DNA of 64,000 bases from positions 175,974 through 239,973 of the forward strand of contig CAXULY010000002.1 in the NCBI GenBank assembly GCA_964252075.1. Direction: 5' to 3'. Within the stretch, counting starts at the first letter, position 1, and each line of letters begins with the position of its first letter. Origin of the DNA: an uncultured Deinococcaceae bacterium. Lineage in GTDB: Bacteria; Deinococcota; Deinococci; Deinococcales; Deinococcaceae. The translations under genes were made by a program, and so were the position numbers. This document shows positions 21,699 through 32,366 of this stretch, piece after piece. The notes under the pieces are model-generated. The model worked only from the letters and a program-made list of their open reading frames with translations, had not been told where the DNA came from and did not search any database.

Positions 21699-24314
21699 AT
21701 GGCCACTGTCGCTCCCGCCCCCACCGACGATGCGCGCGCCGCCCTGAAGCGCGCGCACGACCGAGTGCGGCGCCTGCGGCAGCGCACGCCCTCCCCGCAA
21801 CGCGACGCGCGGCTCGCGGAGGCGCTGTGCGCGCTCGGCGGTGAGTACCAGGCGCAGTCCCGTCCGGACGGCGCGCGCCTCAGTTACGCCGAGGCCGCGC
21901 AACTCGCCGCCGAGCGCGCGCGCGGCGCCCTGGAGGCGCAGGCGCAGCTGGGGCTGGGCCGCGCGCTGCGCCAGGAGGGTCAGGTGCAGGAGTCGCGCGC
22001 GGTGCTGGAGCGTGCCCTGGCCCTCAGTGAGCAGCTGGGCGACACCGCCACCGAAGCGGACGTGCGAAACGTGCTGGCGTCCCTGTGCCACATGGCGGGC
22101 GACACGCCCGCCGCGCGCAAGCACCTGCACCGCGCGCTGGACCTGCGGCGCGCGGCTGGGCAGGGCGCGCAGAGCGCGAACCTGCTGAACAACCTGGGCG
22201 TGCTGTCCCTGCACGCCGGGGATCACCTCGTGGCGCTGCAGCACTTCAGGGACGCCCTGGCGCTCATGGAGGCGCACGGCAACGACCTGCGCGGCGAGGT
22301 GCGCTGCCTGAACAACATCGCGCAGCTGTACAGCGAACTGGGGCGGCACGAGGACGCCCGGCACTCCCTGCAGCGCGCACTGAGCCGCCACGAGGCGGTG
22401 CGGGACGACGCGGCGGGCGCCATGCTGCTCGTGAACCTCAGCGAGGCCCAGCGGGCACTCGGGCAGCACGATGAGGCGCTCTCCATCGCGGAACGCGCCC
22501 TGACCGTCGCGCGGCAGGCGAGTGCGGGCGACGCGATCATCCGCGCGTGGCTGGCGCTGGGCCGCGCGCGTACCGCCACGCGCGACAGCACCGGCGCGGC
22601 GCTGGCCTTCGAGGAGGCGCTCGGCGCCAGCCGTCACGCGCAGGACGTCGGCGGCGAGATCGAGGCGCAGCTCGGGCTGGGCGAGGTGGCGCTCGCGGGC
22701 GCGGCGCCCGAGGTGGCGCTCGCGCCGCTGCAGGCCGCGCTGGACTGCGCGCGGCAGCGCGAGTGGCAGCGGCTCGCGCTGCGCGCCCACGAGCTGCTCG
22801 CGGAGGCCGCCGAGCGCCTCGGTCAGCCTGCGGTGGCGCTGCAGCACGTGAAGCAGGCGCGGCAGCTGGACCAGCGGCTCTTCGACGAGCGCAGCGCGCA
22901 GGCGCTGCAGAACCTCAGCGTGCAGTACGAGGTGGACCAGTTGCGGCGGGACGCGGCGACCAGCGCCCTCGTCAAGGACGCCGCGCTGAGCGCCAAGGCG
23001 CACGCCGAGGCGCAGGTGCACGAGCGCACGCAGCAGCTGCAGCGCCTCGCGCTGTACGACGCCCTCACGGGCCTCCCGAACCGCGTGCTGTTCGCGGATC
23101 GCCTGCATCAGGCGGTGAATGTCGCGCGCAGCCGCCGGCGCGTGTTCGCGGTGGGGCTGCTGGACCTCGACCGCTTCAAGCAGGTGAATGACACGCTGGG
23201 TCATGCGGTCGGCGACGAGCTGCTCAAGCAGGTTGCAGGGCGTCTGCAGCGCTGCATGCGCGCCGACGACACGCTGGCCCGCATGGGCGGCGATGAGTTC
23301 CTGCTGATCCTGCAGGACGCCGACAGCGCGCGCGCGCTGTCCTTCGCGCGGCGCCTGCTGGAGGCCTTCAAGACGCCCTTCCAGACGGCCGGGCACGAGC
23401 TGTTCGTCACGCCGTCGCTGGGCATCGCGTCGTACCCAGAGCACACCACAGACCCGGACGCGCTGCTGGGCCTCGCGGACCGCGCGATGTACCGCGCAAA
23501 GCGCGACGGCGCCGGGTGCAGCGTGTTCGAGGCGTCGCAGGGTGAGGGGGACGTCCTGAGCGTGGAGAGCGCGCTGAACCGCGCGCTGGAGCGCGACGAG
23601 CTGCTGCTGCACTACCAGCCGCAGGTGGACGTGCGCACCGGGCAGGTCGTGGGTGTGGAGGCGCTGCTGCGCTGGCAGCGGCCGGGGGTGGGCCTCGTGC
23701 CGCCCATGCAGTTCATTCCGCTCGCGGAGGAAACCGGGCTGATCGTGCCAATTGGCGCGTGGGTGCTGGAACGCGCGTGCCTGCAGGCGCAGGCGTGGCC
23801 CGACATCCGGGTCGCCGTGAACCTCTCCGCGCGGCAGTTCGCGCAGGCGGACCTCGTTCAGACCGTGCAGCACGCCCTGCAGATCAGCAACCTGGACCCG
23901 CAGCGACTGGAGCTGGAACTCACGGAGAGCATGCTGATGCAGTCCCCGGAGCGGTCCATTCAGACCATCGAGGCGCTCAAGGTGCTGGGCGTGCGCGTGC
24001 TGATCGACGACTTCGGCACGGGGTACTCCAGCCTCGCGTACCTCACGCGCTTCCCGCTGGACGGCCTGAAGATTGACCGGTCCTTCCTGGCGTCGCTGGA
24101 GCCCGGCGAGGTGGGGCAGCACGCCACCATCCTGAACGCCATCATTCAGCTCGCGCATCACCTCGGGTACGAGGTGGTGGCGGAGGGCGTGGAGACGCAG
24201 CAGCAGGCCACCTTCCTGAGTCGCCACGGCTGCGAGACCGCGCAGGGGTACTTCTTCGGTCGGCCCGTGCCCGCCGAGCAGCTGAACTTCACGCGCTCCG
24301 CGTACCGCGACTGA
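21699..24314 (+). CDS. TPR-GGDEF-EAL c-di-GMP turnover protein
   Basis: TPRs (LLNNLG, CLNNIA, LVNLS); [42 protein letters not shown]. Confidence 0.9.
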   Translation: MATVAPAPTDDARAALKRAHDRVRRLRQRTPSPQRDARLAEALCALGGEYQAQSRPDGARLSYAEAAQLAAERARGALEAQAQLGLGRALRQEGQVQESRAVLERALALSEQLGDTATEADVRNVLASLCHMAGDTPAARKHLHRALDLRRAAGQGAQSANLLNNLGVLSLHAGDHLVALQHFRDALALMEAHGNDLRGEVRCLNNIAQLYSELGRHEDARHSLQRALSRHEAVRDDAAGAMLLVNLSEAQRALGQHDEALSIAERALTVARQASAGDAIIRAWLALGRARTATRDSTGAALAFEEALGASRHAQDVGGEIEAQLGLGEVALAGAAPEVALAPLQAALDCARQREWQRLALRAHELLAEAAERLGQPAVALQHVKQARQLDQRLFDERSAQALQNLSVQYEVDQLRRDAATSALVKDAALSAKAHAEAQVHERTQQLQRLALYDALTGLPNRVLFADRLHQAVNVARSRRRVFAVGLLDLDRFKQVNDTLGHAVGDELLKQVAGRLQRCMRADDTLARMGGDEFLLILQDADSARALSFARRLLEAFKTPFQTAGHELFVTPSLGIASYPEHTTDPDALLGLADRAMYRAKRDGAGCSVFEASQGEGDVLSVESALNRALERDELLLHYQPQVDVRTGQVVGVEALLRWQRPGVGLVPPMQFIPLAEETGLIVPIGAWVLERACLQAQAWPDIRVAVNLSARQFAQADLVQTVQHALQISNLDPQRLELELTESMLMQSPERSIQTIEALKVLGVRVLIDDFGTGYSSLAYLTRFPLDGLKIDRSFLASLEPGEVGQHATILNAIIQLAHHLGYEVVAEGVETQQQATFLSRHGCETAQGYFFGRPVPAEQLNFTRSAYRD

Positions 24315-24349
24315 AGCGCGCCCGGCCCTGACCTGGAGTACGGTGAGCC

Positions 24350-24607
24350 ATGCCACCGAGACTGGCGCGGGTGTTCCGGCTGGGCGTCGTGAATCCGGTC
24401 AAGCACATGTTCACGGTCCGCGCGGCGGACCTGACCGAGGAGGACCGGGCGCTCCTGCTCGCGGCGACGCGCAGCCGAAGCGAAAGCGCAGTCGTGGAGA
24501 TCGTCTCGGAGCATGGCGTGTGGACCTTCGTGGTGAGCCCGCCCCGCATGCCGCCGCTGTCCGCGATGTTCGTGCTGACCAGCACGGGGCGATCACGCCC
24601 CCTCTGA
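24350..24607 (+). CDS. Hypothetical protein (85 aa)
   Basis: ATG with upstream GGAG, 35 nt after the GGDEF-EAL gene; GC-rich third positions. Confidence 0.5.
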   Translation: MPPRLARVFRLGVVNPVKHMFTVRAADLTEEDRALLLAATRSRSESAVVEIVSEHGVWTFVVSPPRMPPLSAMFVLTSTGRSRPL

Positions 24608-24992
24608 GGCTAGTGAGCGGGCGCCGCTGAAGGGCGGCATGCGGGGGGCTTCAGCAGAATTGAGATTCGAGGACCAGCACCTAAACGAGGCGGGGCGGGA
24701 GTAGGAACGGTTCGTCGAGGCGTTCGGCACGCGCGTCCCGCCTGACTTCCCGGTGACCCCGCAGGCGCGGGGGGCGCGCCGCTGGTGATTCACTGTCCGC
24801 CGCTGGACGGCGCACGGCGGGACCTCGTTCCGGTCACCGTCCGCCGGCGGACTCGCGGTGGAGGCAAGCCTTCACCTGCGGCCCCGACCGTAGGTGATGT
24901 GGCAGTCCCACGCGCGCAGCCGCGGCTAAAATGCCACGTTCCATGAAAGGCCAGCGCGCTTCGCCTGAAGTGCGCGCCCCAGCGAGGTGGAT

Positions 24993-26423
24993 GTGAAACG
25001 ACTGCTTGTCCTGAACGCGCTGCTGCTCCTCACCGCCGCTCAGGCCGCCCCGGGATCATGGCGCGGCACCATCACCATGTACGTCCAGGACTACACCCCG
25101 AACTGGCCGGGCGCGGATAAACCCCTGAAGGTCTTCCAGCAGATCGCGGACGAGTACCAGGCGAAGTACCCCGGCATGAAGATCAAGTTCAGCACCGTGC
25201 CCATCCCGGACAACGACACGAACATCCGCGTGAAGGCCGCCGCGGGCGAACTCTTCGACATTTACTGGGCGCAGGCCGCGAGCCTGAACAGCACCCTCCC
25301 GAAGGGCGTCGCGGTGAACCTCGCGGACGCCTTCAAGCAGCCGAACCCGTACATCCCCGGCAACAAGGCGTGGCAGGACGTGATGAACAAGACGGTCGTC
25401 GCGGAGAGCCGCGCGCCGGACGGCTCGGTGTACGTGCTGAGCGGTGACAACGTCGTGTACACCATCTTCTACAACCGCGACCTGTTCAAAAAGGCGGGCA
25501 TCACGCAGGCGCCCACCTCCTTCTCGGGCCTCGTGCAGGCCGCCAAGAAACTCAAGGCGGCGGGCGTGGTGCCGGTGCACGCGGTGCCCGCGTACCCGTG
25601 GTGGAGCACCTTCTTCCTCAGCGACCTGTACAGCAAGGATTACGACCGCATCGCGGGCGCGGACGGTCAGCCGGGCATGTCCGCGCTGGATGAGGTCGTG
25701 GCGATCCACAAGGGCGTGCTCTCGCCCAAAGACCCGCGCTTCATGTCGTGGTGGCCGACCTTCAAGCAGTTCACGGACCAGTGGCCGAAGGATTACCTCA
25801 CCCTGGACGCCGGGAAGAACTACGACGCCTTCAACCAGGACTTCGTGGGCGGCAAGTCCGCCATGATCTTCGAGGGCAGTTACTCCGCGCGCACCCTCTC
25901 GGACCTCGGCGCGAAATTCAAGGTGGGGGCCTTCAACTTCCCGAAGCTCACCAAGCAGGAAAGCCCGCTCGCGACGGGCGCGGACGTCGCGAACGCCTTC
26001 GGCGGCACGGGGTCCTTCCAGTTCGCCATCAGCACGCCGCTCGCGGACAAGACCATGCGCGAGGCGGGCAAGGCGGCGGCGGTGCTGGACTGGATGCGCT
26101 TCTTCGGCACCCCGAAAAACCTGCAGCGCCTCACGAGCGAGCAGGGCAGCTACGTGCCGATCTGGCCGGGCACCACGCCGAAACTCGCGGCGGACTTCGA
26201 CGCGTCGGCCCTGAAGGCGCAGATCGGGAAGCCCCGGCGCGCCATCAACGTGGGGAACGCCGCGCCGAACCTCGGGTGGGTGGACATGCAGCGCATCTTC
26301 GGGCTGTACCTCGCGGGGAACATCACGCTCGATCAGGCCAAGTCGCAGGTGCAGACCCTGCTGGACCGCGCCGCCACCACGTACGCCCGCAAGAACAAGG
26401 TGGATTTCGCCAAGTATCAGTGA
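24993..26423 (+). CDS. Carbohydrate ABC transporter substrate-binding protein
   Basis: Signal peptide ..LLTAAQA; IFYNRDLFKKAGI; FVGGKSAMIFEG. Confidence 0.85.
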   Translation: MKRLLVLNALLLLTAAQAAPGSWRGTITMYVQDYTPNWPGADKPLKVFQQIADEYQAKYPGMKIKFSTVPIPDNDTNIRVKAAAGELFDIYWAQAASLNSTLPKGVAVNLADAFKQPNPYIPGNKAWQDVMNKTVVAESRAPDGSVYVLSGDNVVYTIFYNRDLFKKAGITQAPTSFSGLVQAAKKLKAAGVVPVHAVPAYPWWSTFFLSDLYSKDYDRIAGADGQPGMSALDEVVAIHKGVLSPKDPRFMSWWPTFKQFTDQWPKDYLTLDAGKNYDAFNQDFVGGKSAMIFEGSYSARTLSDLGAKFKVGAFNFPKLTKQESPLATGADVANAFGGTGSFQFAISTPLADKTMREAGKAAAVLDWMRFFGTPKNLQRLTSEQGSYVPIWPGTTPKLAADFDASALKAQIGKPRRAINVGNAAPNLGWVDMQRIFGLYLAGNITLDQAKSQVQTLLDRAATTYARKNKVDFAKYQ

Positions 26424-26461
26424 GGTGCACGGCGCATGAGTGACTTCGCGTTTCTGTTGAC

Positions 26462-26527
26462 CACCCTCAGCCACACCTGGCCTGAACGCCCCGCGTGGGT
26501 GGCGCGCGGGCCGGGCTGCTGAGGGTG
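26462..26527 (+). other. Intercistronic stem-loop between binding-protein and permease genes
   Basis: CACCCTCAGC...GCTGAGGGTG 10-bp arms. Confidence 0.4.
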
Positions 26528-26556
26528 CAGCTCCGGCTTTCTGCTGGGGGCGGGCC

Positions 26557-27471
26557 GTGACGGCCCGCCCCGCGTCCCCTCGCGCGCCGCGCCGCACGTG
26601 GCGGCGCCTGCGGCGCGGCTGGCCCGCGTACCTGTTCCTGCTGCCGAGCGCGCTGCTGATGGGGTACTTCCTGTACACCCCGGCGTTCACCGCCATCACG
26701 CGGGCCTTCACGGACTGGGACGGCCTGAACGCCCCGAACTTCACGGGCCTGGAGAACTTCCAGCGCAGCCTCACGGACCCCGTGATGGGTGAGGCGCTCG
26801 GGAACCTCGGGCTGTGGGTGGTGCTGGGCCTCGTGCTGGCGCTGCTGCCCCCCCTGCTGGTCGCGGAGCTGATCTTTCACCTGCGCGGCTCGCGGCGTCA
26901 GTACGTGTGGCGCAGCGTGTTCGTGGTGCCCATCGTGGTGCCGTCGCTGGTGCTGCTCCTCATGTGGGGCACCTTCTACCGCAGCGACGGCCTCATCAAC
27001 ACCCTGCTGGGGGACGTGGGCCTCGCGGGGTGGCGGCACGACTGGCTGAGCGACCCACACACGGCGCTCCCCAGCCTGATCTTCCTGGGCTTCCCGTACA
27101 TCGACGTGTTCTTCCTGCTGCTGCTGTACGCGGGCCTGCAGGCCATCCCGCAGGAGGTCTTCGAGGCGGCGCGGCTGGACGGCGTGGGCGGCTGGCGGCG
27201 CGTGTGGAGCATGGACCTGCCGCTGCTGCGCCCGCAGCTCGGCGTGATCGCGCTGCTCTCGGTCATCGGGAACCTGCAGTACTTCGTGAGCCCGCTGGTC
27301 CTCACGTCCGGCGGGCCAGGGTACGCCACGACCGTCCCGGCCCTCATGATGTACAACGTCGCCACGAAAAACGGCGAGTACGGGTACGGCATGTCCATCG
27401 CGGTGCTGCTGATGGTGGTGGTGGCGCTCATCACGCTCGGGTCGCGCCTCCTCACGCGGGGGCGCGCGTGA
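26557..27471 (+). CDS. Carbohydrate ABC permease (MalF/UgpA-like)
   Basis: AGLQAIPQEVFEAARLDG EAA loop; GGPGYAT. Confidence 0.9.
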   Translation: MTARPASPRAPRRTWRRLRRGWPAYLFLLPSALLMGYFLYTPAFTAITRAFTDWDGLNAPNFTGLENFQRSLTDPVMGEALGNLGLWVVLGLVLALLPPLLVAELIFHLRGSRRQYVWRSVFVVPIVVPSLVLLLMWGTFYRSDGLINTLLGDVGLAGWRHDWLSDPHTALPSLIFLGFPYIDVFFLLLLYAGLQAIPQEVFEAARLDGVGGWRRVWSMDLPLLRPQLGVIALLSVIGNLQYFVSPLVLTSGGPGYATTVPALMMYNVATKNGEYGYGMSIAVLLMVVVALITLGSRLLTRGRA

Positions 27472-28310
27472 GGCGCGGGCGGGGCATCACGCCGGGCGAG
27501 GCGCTGCGGCAGGTCATCCTGCTCGTGCTGGCGGTCCTCACCCTGTTCCCCGTGTACTTCAGCGTCGTGAATTCCCTGAAGAGCCCCGTGCAGTACGCGC
27601 AGAACCTCCTGAACCTGCCCGCCCACCCGCACCTTGAGAATTACCTGCAGGCGTGGCAGCAGATTCAGGGGCCGCTCCTGAACTCCGTGATCGTGACGGT
27701 CACGAGCGTCCTGGCGACCGTGGTGTTCGCGACGCTCAGCGCGTACGCCTTCGCGCTCATGGATTTCCCGGGGCGGCGGTTGCTGTTCGCGCTCACGGTG
27801 CTGCTGCTGCTCGTGCCGGACTTCCTGACGCTCATTCCGCTGTACGTGCAGATCAAGTCGCTGCCGCTGCCCAGCAATTACCTCGCGATCATCCTGCCGA
27901 CCGTCGCGGCGGGGCAGCCCTTCGCGATTCTGGTGCTGCGCGCGGCCTTCGAGTCCCTCCCGAACGACATGATGGAGGCCGCGCGGCTGGACGGCGCGGG
28001 GCACGCGCAGCTGCTGCGCTGGGTGGTGCTGCCGCTCAGCCTGCCCATCCTGGTGAGCGTGAGCATCATCCGGCTGGTGCCGGTGTGGAACGACTTCCTG
28101 CTGCCGTCCCTGGTGCTGGATGAGGCGCACCGCACCATCCCGATGGCGCTCGTGAGCTTCCAGGGGTCCGGCACGGCGTCGAGCGGCGCGCCGAACTACG
28201 GGGCGCTGATGGCGTCATACGTGCTGTCGGCGGTGCCGCTGGTGCTGCTGTTCTCGTTCCTGATGCGCTACTACGTGCAGGGCGTCACGACGGGCGGCGT
28301 GAAGGCCTGA
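27468..28310 (+). CDS. Carbohydrate ABC permease (MalG/UgpE-like)
   Basis: GTGA overlap; NSLKS, AYAFA..FPG, EAARLDGA, WNDFL. Confidence 0.9.
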   Translation: MRRGRGITPGEALRQVILLVLAVLTLFPVYFSVVNSLKSPVQYAQNLLNLPAHPHLENYLQAWQQIQGPLLNSVIVTVTSVLATVVFATLSAYAFALMDFPGRRLLFALTVLLLLVPDFLTLIPLYVQIKSLPLPSNYLAIILPTVAAGQPFAILVLRAAFESLPNDMMEAARLDGAGHAQLLRWVVLPLSLPILVSVSIIRLVPVWNDFLLPSLVLDEAHRTIPMALVSFQGSGTASSGAPNYGALMASYVLSAVPLVLLFSFLMRYYVQGVTTGGVKA

Positions 28311-28316
28311 CAGGAC

Positions 28317-28346
28317 GGAGGGGCCGGGCGTGTGCCCGGCCCCTCC
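28317..28346. terminator. Hairpin between convergent genes
   Basis: GGAGGGGCCGGGC-GTGT-GCCCGGCCCCTCC. Confidence 0.7.
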
Positions 28347-28351
28347 CCTGC

Positions 28352-29140
28352 TCAGTTCAGGGGGCGCGTGCCGGCGGGCAGTGCGCCGCCCGCGAAGAGG
28401 TCGGCGGCGGCGTCCTGCAGCGCCGTGAGGGCCACGCGCTGCGTGAACGGCCCGGTGGAGACGCGCGCCACGCCGAGCGCCTGCAGTTCGCGGGCGGGCA
28501 GGCTTACGCCGGGCACGCTGATCACCGTGAGCTTCTGCGGCCCGAAGGCCTCCGCGACCCGCTGAATCTCGTCGCGCGCCACGAGGCCCGGCACGAACAC
28601 CACGGGCGCGCCCGCGTCGAGGTAGGCGCGGCCGCGGCGGATCGCCTCGTCCAGCACCTGCGCGCGCGGGGTGTCGGCGCCCGCGCGCAGCAGGGCGTCG
28701 GTGCGGGCGTTCAGCACGAAGGGAATGCCCGCCGCGCGCCCGGCCTCCATCACGGCCTGCACGGCCTCCACTGCGGCGTCCAGGGGCTTCATCTGGTCCT
28801 CGAGGTTCCCGCCGACCACGCCGATCTCGATGGCGCGCCGGGCGGTCTCGCCGGGGTTGCCGTAGCCCGCCTCGAAATCCATGGTGACGGGCAGGTTCAC
28901 GGCCTGCACAATGCGGCGCACCATGTCGAGGTGCAGTTCCAGCGGGATGCGCTCGCCGTCCTCGTAGCCGAAGGTGGAGGCGATGGAGTGGCTGGCAGTC
29001 GCGAGGGCGCGCGCGCCGGGCGTGTTCGCCACCACCTGCGCGGACACCACGTCCCAGACGTTCGCGAGGGTGAGGATCTCGGGGGCGGTGTGCAGGTCGA
29101 GCAGGGTCTGGGCGCGGGCGGCGAGGTCGGTGCGGGTCAT
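28352..29140 (-). CDS. Isocitrate lyase / PEP mutase family protein
   Basis: NVWDVVSA, ATAS, DFEAGYG, NLED, LNARTD, AGAPVVFVPG. Confidence 0.85.
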   Translation of the reverse strand: MTRTDLAARAQTLLDLHTAPEILTLANVWDVVSAQVVANTPGARALATASHSIASTFGYEDGERIPLELHLDMVRRIVQAVNLPVTMDFEAGYGNPGETARRAIEIGVVGGNLEDQMKPLDAAVEAVQAVMEAGRAAGIPFVLNARTDALLRAGADTPRAQVLDEAIRRGRAYLDAGAPVVFVPGLVARDEIQRVAEAFGPQKLTVISVPGVSLPARELQALGVARVSTGPFTQRVALTALQDAAADLFAGGALPAGTRPLN

Positions 29141-29160
29141 GGGGTGCTCCTTGGGTGGGG

Positions 29161-29739
29161 TCAGGCGGCGGTGAGGGCGTCCAGCAGGCGCTGGCCGGCG
29201 GCGTGGAAGCGTCCGGGGTCGCGGTACGAGCGAGCGAGCAGCATGGCGCCCTCCAGCGTCGCGAGGACGGACGACGCGGCGTCCTGGGGCGCGCCGGGGT
29301 AGCGCAGGTCACCGCGGGCGCGCCCCTCGGTGAGGACCTGCGTGAGCCAGCGTTCGTTCAGGTCGAAGAACGCGCGCACCTCACGCTGCATGGCTTCGGG
29401 CAGGGTGTTGTAGTCCCCGGCGAGCACCGCGCACAGGCAGATGCGTCCGTCCTCGTGCACGACCGCGCGGTAGCCGTGCAGGTAGGCCCTCAGGCGCTCG
29501 GCGGGCGGGGCGCCCGTGGTGTCGAGCTGCGCGAGCTGCCTTTCGAGGCGCGCGCGGTAGCGCTGCACGAGCGCCACGCCGAGGTCGGCCTTGCTGGGGA
29601 AGTGGTAGTGGACGCTGGCGTTGCGGATGCCGAGCCGCGCGCTGAGGTCGGCGTAGCTGATGGCGTTGAAGCCGCGTTCCTGAACGAGGTGCTGGGCGAT
29701 GTCAAGGAGGTCGTTCCGGGTGTCCGCGCGCTCCGCCAT
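29161..29739 (-). CDS. TetR/AcrR-family regulator
   Basis: RGFNAISYADLS..GIRNASVHYHFPSK; ICLC. Confidence 0.9.
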   Translation of the reverse strand: MAERADTRNDLLDIAQHLVQERGFNAISYADLSARLGIRNASVHYHFPSKADLGVALVQRYRARLERQLAQLDTTGAPPAERLRAYLHGYRAVVHEDGRICLCAVLAGDYNTLPEAMQREVRAFFDLNERWLTQVLTEGRARGDLRYPGAPQDAASSVLATLEGAMLLARSYRDPGRFHAAGQRLLDALTAA

Positions 29740-29748
29740 GGGCCCACT

Positions 29749-29775
29749 ATCTACTTACCAGTAGGTAGATGTCAA
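29749..29775 (-). promoter_or_regulatory. TetR operator palindrome overlapping a TTGACA promoter
   Basis: ATCTACTTAC-CA-GTAGGTAGAT (one mismatch); TTGACA on the minus strand at 29770-29775. Confidence 0.75.
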
Positions 29776-29851
29776 GGGCAGAGGTGACATCACCGCTGTG
29801 GGTTTATCGAAAACAAGGAAACGAGCCAGCGACATTCCCTATCTTCAAGGG

Positions 29852-30619
29852 GTGAAAGCCCAACCAGACACCGGCAGCGGCGCGCCCGCGCCCATCGTCG
29901 TGGCCCGCGACGTGCGCAAGCGCTTCGGGAGTTTCGAGGCGCTGCGCGGCGTCAGCATGAGCGTCCTGCCCGGCGAGGTGGTCGTGATCATCGGGCCGTC
30001 CGGCAGCGGCAAGAGCACCTTCATCCGCACCCTGAACGCCCTCGAACCGCACGACGCCGGCGAGATCCGCGTGGACGGCACCGAGCTGCGCCCCGGTGCG
30101 GCGCTGCGCCGCATCCGCCAGGAGGTCGGCATGGTGTTCCAGTCCTTCAACCTCTTCCCACACCTCACCGTGCGGCAAAACGTCACGCTGGCCCCCACCC
30201 GCGTGCGCCGCGTGAGCCGCGCGCAAGCCGAACAGCGCGCCGACGCGCTCCTGCAGCGCGTCGGCATTCGTGAGCAGGCGGACAAGTACCCCGCGCAGCT
30301 CTCCGGCGGGCAGCAGCAGCGCGTCGCCATCGCGCGCGCCCTGGCGATGGAACCGAAGGTCATGCTGTTCGACGAACCCACCAGCGCCCTCGACCCCGAG
30401 ATGATCAAGGAGGTGCTGGACGTCATCAAGGAACTCGCGAAGTCCGGCATGACGATGCTCGTCGTGACGCACGAAATGGGCTTCGCGCGCGAGGTCGCGG
30501 ACCGCGTGGTGTTCTTCGACCAGGGCGCCATCGTGGAGGAAGCCACCCCGCAGGCGTTCTATGCAAACCCGCAGCACCCGCGCTCCCGGCAGTTCCTCAG
30601 CCAGATCCTCGGGCACTGA
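29852..30619 (+). CDS. Polar amino-acid ABC ATPase (GlnQ-like)
   Basis: [33 protein letters not shown]; -10 TATCTT 6 nt before GTG. Confidence 0.9.
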   Translation: MKAQPDTGSGAPAPIVVARDVRKRFGSFEALRGVSMSVLPGEVVVIIGPSGSGKSTFIRTLNALEPHDAGEIRVDGTELRPGAALRRIRQEVGMVFQSFNLFPHLTVRQNVTLAPTRVRRVSRAQAEQRADALLQRVGIREQADKYPAQLSGGQQQRVAIARALAMEPKVMLFDEPTSALDPEMIKEVLDVIKELAKSGMTMLVVTHEMGFAREVADRVVFFDQGAIVEEATPQAFYANPQHPRSRQFLSQILGH

Positions 30620-30649
30620 ACGCCGGGTAGCCTGCCCTCCCGCTCCGTC

Positions 30650-31315
30650 TCAGGTGGCGGCGCGGTACGGGCGGTTCGCGCGGTGCTCCAGGAGCGCGAA
30701 CACGCGCGACGCGACGTTCGACAGCACCAGGTAGATGAGGCCCGTCGCGGCGTACAGTGCGACGGGCTGGTACGTCACCGACACGAGGCCGCGCGTGGTG
30801 AGCAGCAGCTCCGTCACCGTGATGACGGACGCGAGGCTGGTGTCCTTCAGCAGGCCGATGAACTGATTCCCGAGTGCCGGGAGCGCCACGCGGATCGCCT
30901 GCGGCAGCAGGATCTCGAACAGCACCCGCGCCGGGCTCAGGCCGAGGGCGCTCGCCGCCTCACGCTGCCCGACCGGCACGGCCAGCAGGCTGCCGCGCAC
31001 GATCTCCGCCGTGTACGCCCCAGCGAACAGGCTGAGGCCGATGGCGGCGGTCGTGAAGGCCGGGAGCGTCACGTGCGTGAGCTGCGGCAGCGCGAAGTAC
31101 AGAAAGAACAGCTGCACCAGCAGCGGCGTACCGCGGAACAGCTCGATGTACGCGATGGCCAGCCAACGCAGCGGCCACACGCGGGACGACTTCGCGGTCG
31201 CCGCGATGAGGCCCAGCAGCAGGCCGCCGACGCTCGCGAGGAGCGTCAGGGCGAGCGTGATGCGCGCGCCCTGCCACAGGCCGTTCAGCACGTCCGGGTT
31301 GAGCAGGACGTTCAC
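30650..31315 (-). CDS. Polar amino-acid ABC permease
   Basis: FRGTPLLVQ, AYTAEIVRG, GQREAA, KDTSL. Confidence 0.9.
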   Translation of the reverse strand: MNVLLNPDVLNGLWQGARITLALTLLASVGGLLLGLIAATAKSSRVWPLRWLAIAYIELFRGTPLLVQLFFLYFALPQLTHVTLPAFTTAAIGLSLFAGAYTAEIVRGSLLAVPVGQREAASALGLSPARVLFEILLPQAIRVALPALGNQFIGLLKDTSLASVITVTELLLTTRGLVSVTYQPVALYAATGLIYLVLSNVASRVFALLEHRANRPYRAAT

Positions 31316-31330
31316 GCCCCGCCCCCCGGT

Positions 31331-32101
31331 TTACTTCCCTGGGGCACTGAGGTCCAGGCCCACCCAGCGCTGCGAGATCTTCTTGATGGTGCCGTCGGCG
31401 CGCATGGCGTCCAGCGCCTTGTTCACGGCGGCCTTGAGCGCCGGGGCGTTCTTCGCGAAGGTCACGTAGGTCTCGTCGGACGCCAGCACCGGGCCCGCGG
31501 GCTTCATCTGCACGCCCTTCTTGACGGCGACCGCACCCACGGACTTCTCCGTCAGGAAGCCCGACACGCGACCCGAGCCCATGGCGAGGAAGCCTTCCTG
31601 CTCGCCGGAGAACGTCACGATCTTGTCGTGCCCCTGCTTCTTCAGGAGCGTCTCGAAGATGGTGCCGAGCGCCACGCCGACCGGCTGGCCCTTCAGCGCC
31701 GCGAGGCTGGTGGCCGAGGAGTTCTGCGGCACGAACAGCTGCACGCCGTCGTAGTAGTACGGCTTGTCGCTGAAATCCACGGCCTTGGCGCGCTCCGGGG
31801 TCTTGCTCTGCGACGCCACCGCGAGGTCGAAGGTGCCCGCCTGCAGGCCCGCGATGATGGACGGGAATTCCGTCTTCACGACGTTCACCTTCACGCCGAG
31901 TCGCTTGCCGATCTCATTCGCGATGTCCACGTCGAAGCCCTCAAGGCCGCCCTTGAGGCTCGGCTGCGAGAACGGCGGGTACTCGCCGGACATGGCGACC
32001 GTGAGGGTGCCCTTCTGCTTGATCTGGTTGAGGTCCGCGGCGAGCGCGGCGCTGGTCAGGGCGAGGGCGCCCAGGGCGACGAGGGAAAACGTTCGTTTCA
32101 T
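31331..32101 (-). CDS. Polar amino-acid ABC substrate-binding protein
   Basis: Signal peptide; YPPF, GFDVDIA, TPER..VDFS..YY; GGAGG RBS. Confidence 0.9.
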   Translation of the reverse strand: MKRTFSLVALGALALTSAALAADLNQIKQKGTLTVAMSGEYPPFSQPSLKGGLEGFDVDIANEIGKRLGVKVNVVKTEFPSIIAGLQAGTFDLAVASQSKTPERAKAVDFSDKPYYYDGVQLFVPQNSSATSLAALKGQPVGVALGTIFETLLKKQGHDKIVTFSGEQEGFLAMGSGRVSGFLTEKSVGAVAVKKGVQMKPAGPVLASDETYVTFAKNAPALKAAVNKALDAMRADGTIKKISQRWVGLDLSAPGK

Positions 32102-32366
32102 GGTGAGGTCCTCCAGAGGTGATGGGTGTGGTGGGTGACGAACCCATCAGTCAACTCTGCCATAGGGTGAAAACGTGCAGTTGTGTGACCAGACGCCAAG
32201 GCGGGAGTGATGACGCTTCCTTAAGTTCGCCTTCGGGGGCGGTGAAGGTCCGGTGTCCGTTTGATTGAAAACCGCTCAGGGCGCCTCATCCGGGAGGCCC
32301 CGCATTGTGGTGAAGCGGAGCACGCACACCCAACCAGACCGGCCCGTGGTCCGTTGAAGCGCGGGC

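Noticed and set aside
21579..24356. 925-aa minus-strand ORF and similar long ORFs (33263-36604, 17902-19968, 12220-14094)
   Set aside because: Antisense shadows of real genes in high-GC DNA, with no motifs
32102..32366. Possible riboswitch upstream of the amino-acid binding protein
   Set aside because: No recognisable aptamer consensus by eye; an Rfam scan would decide
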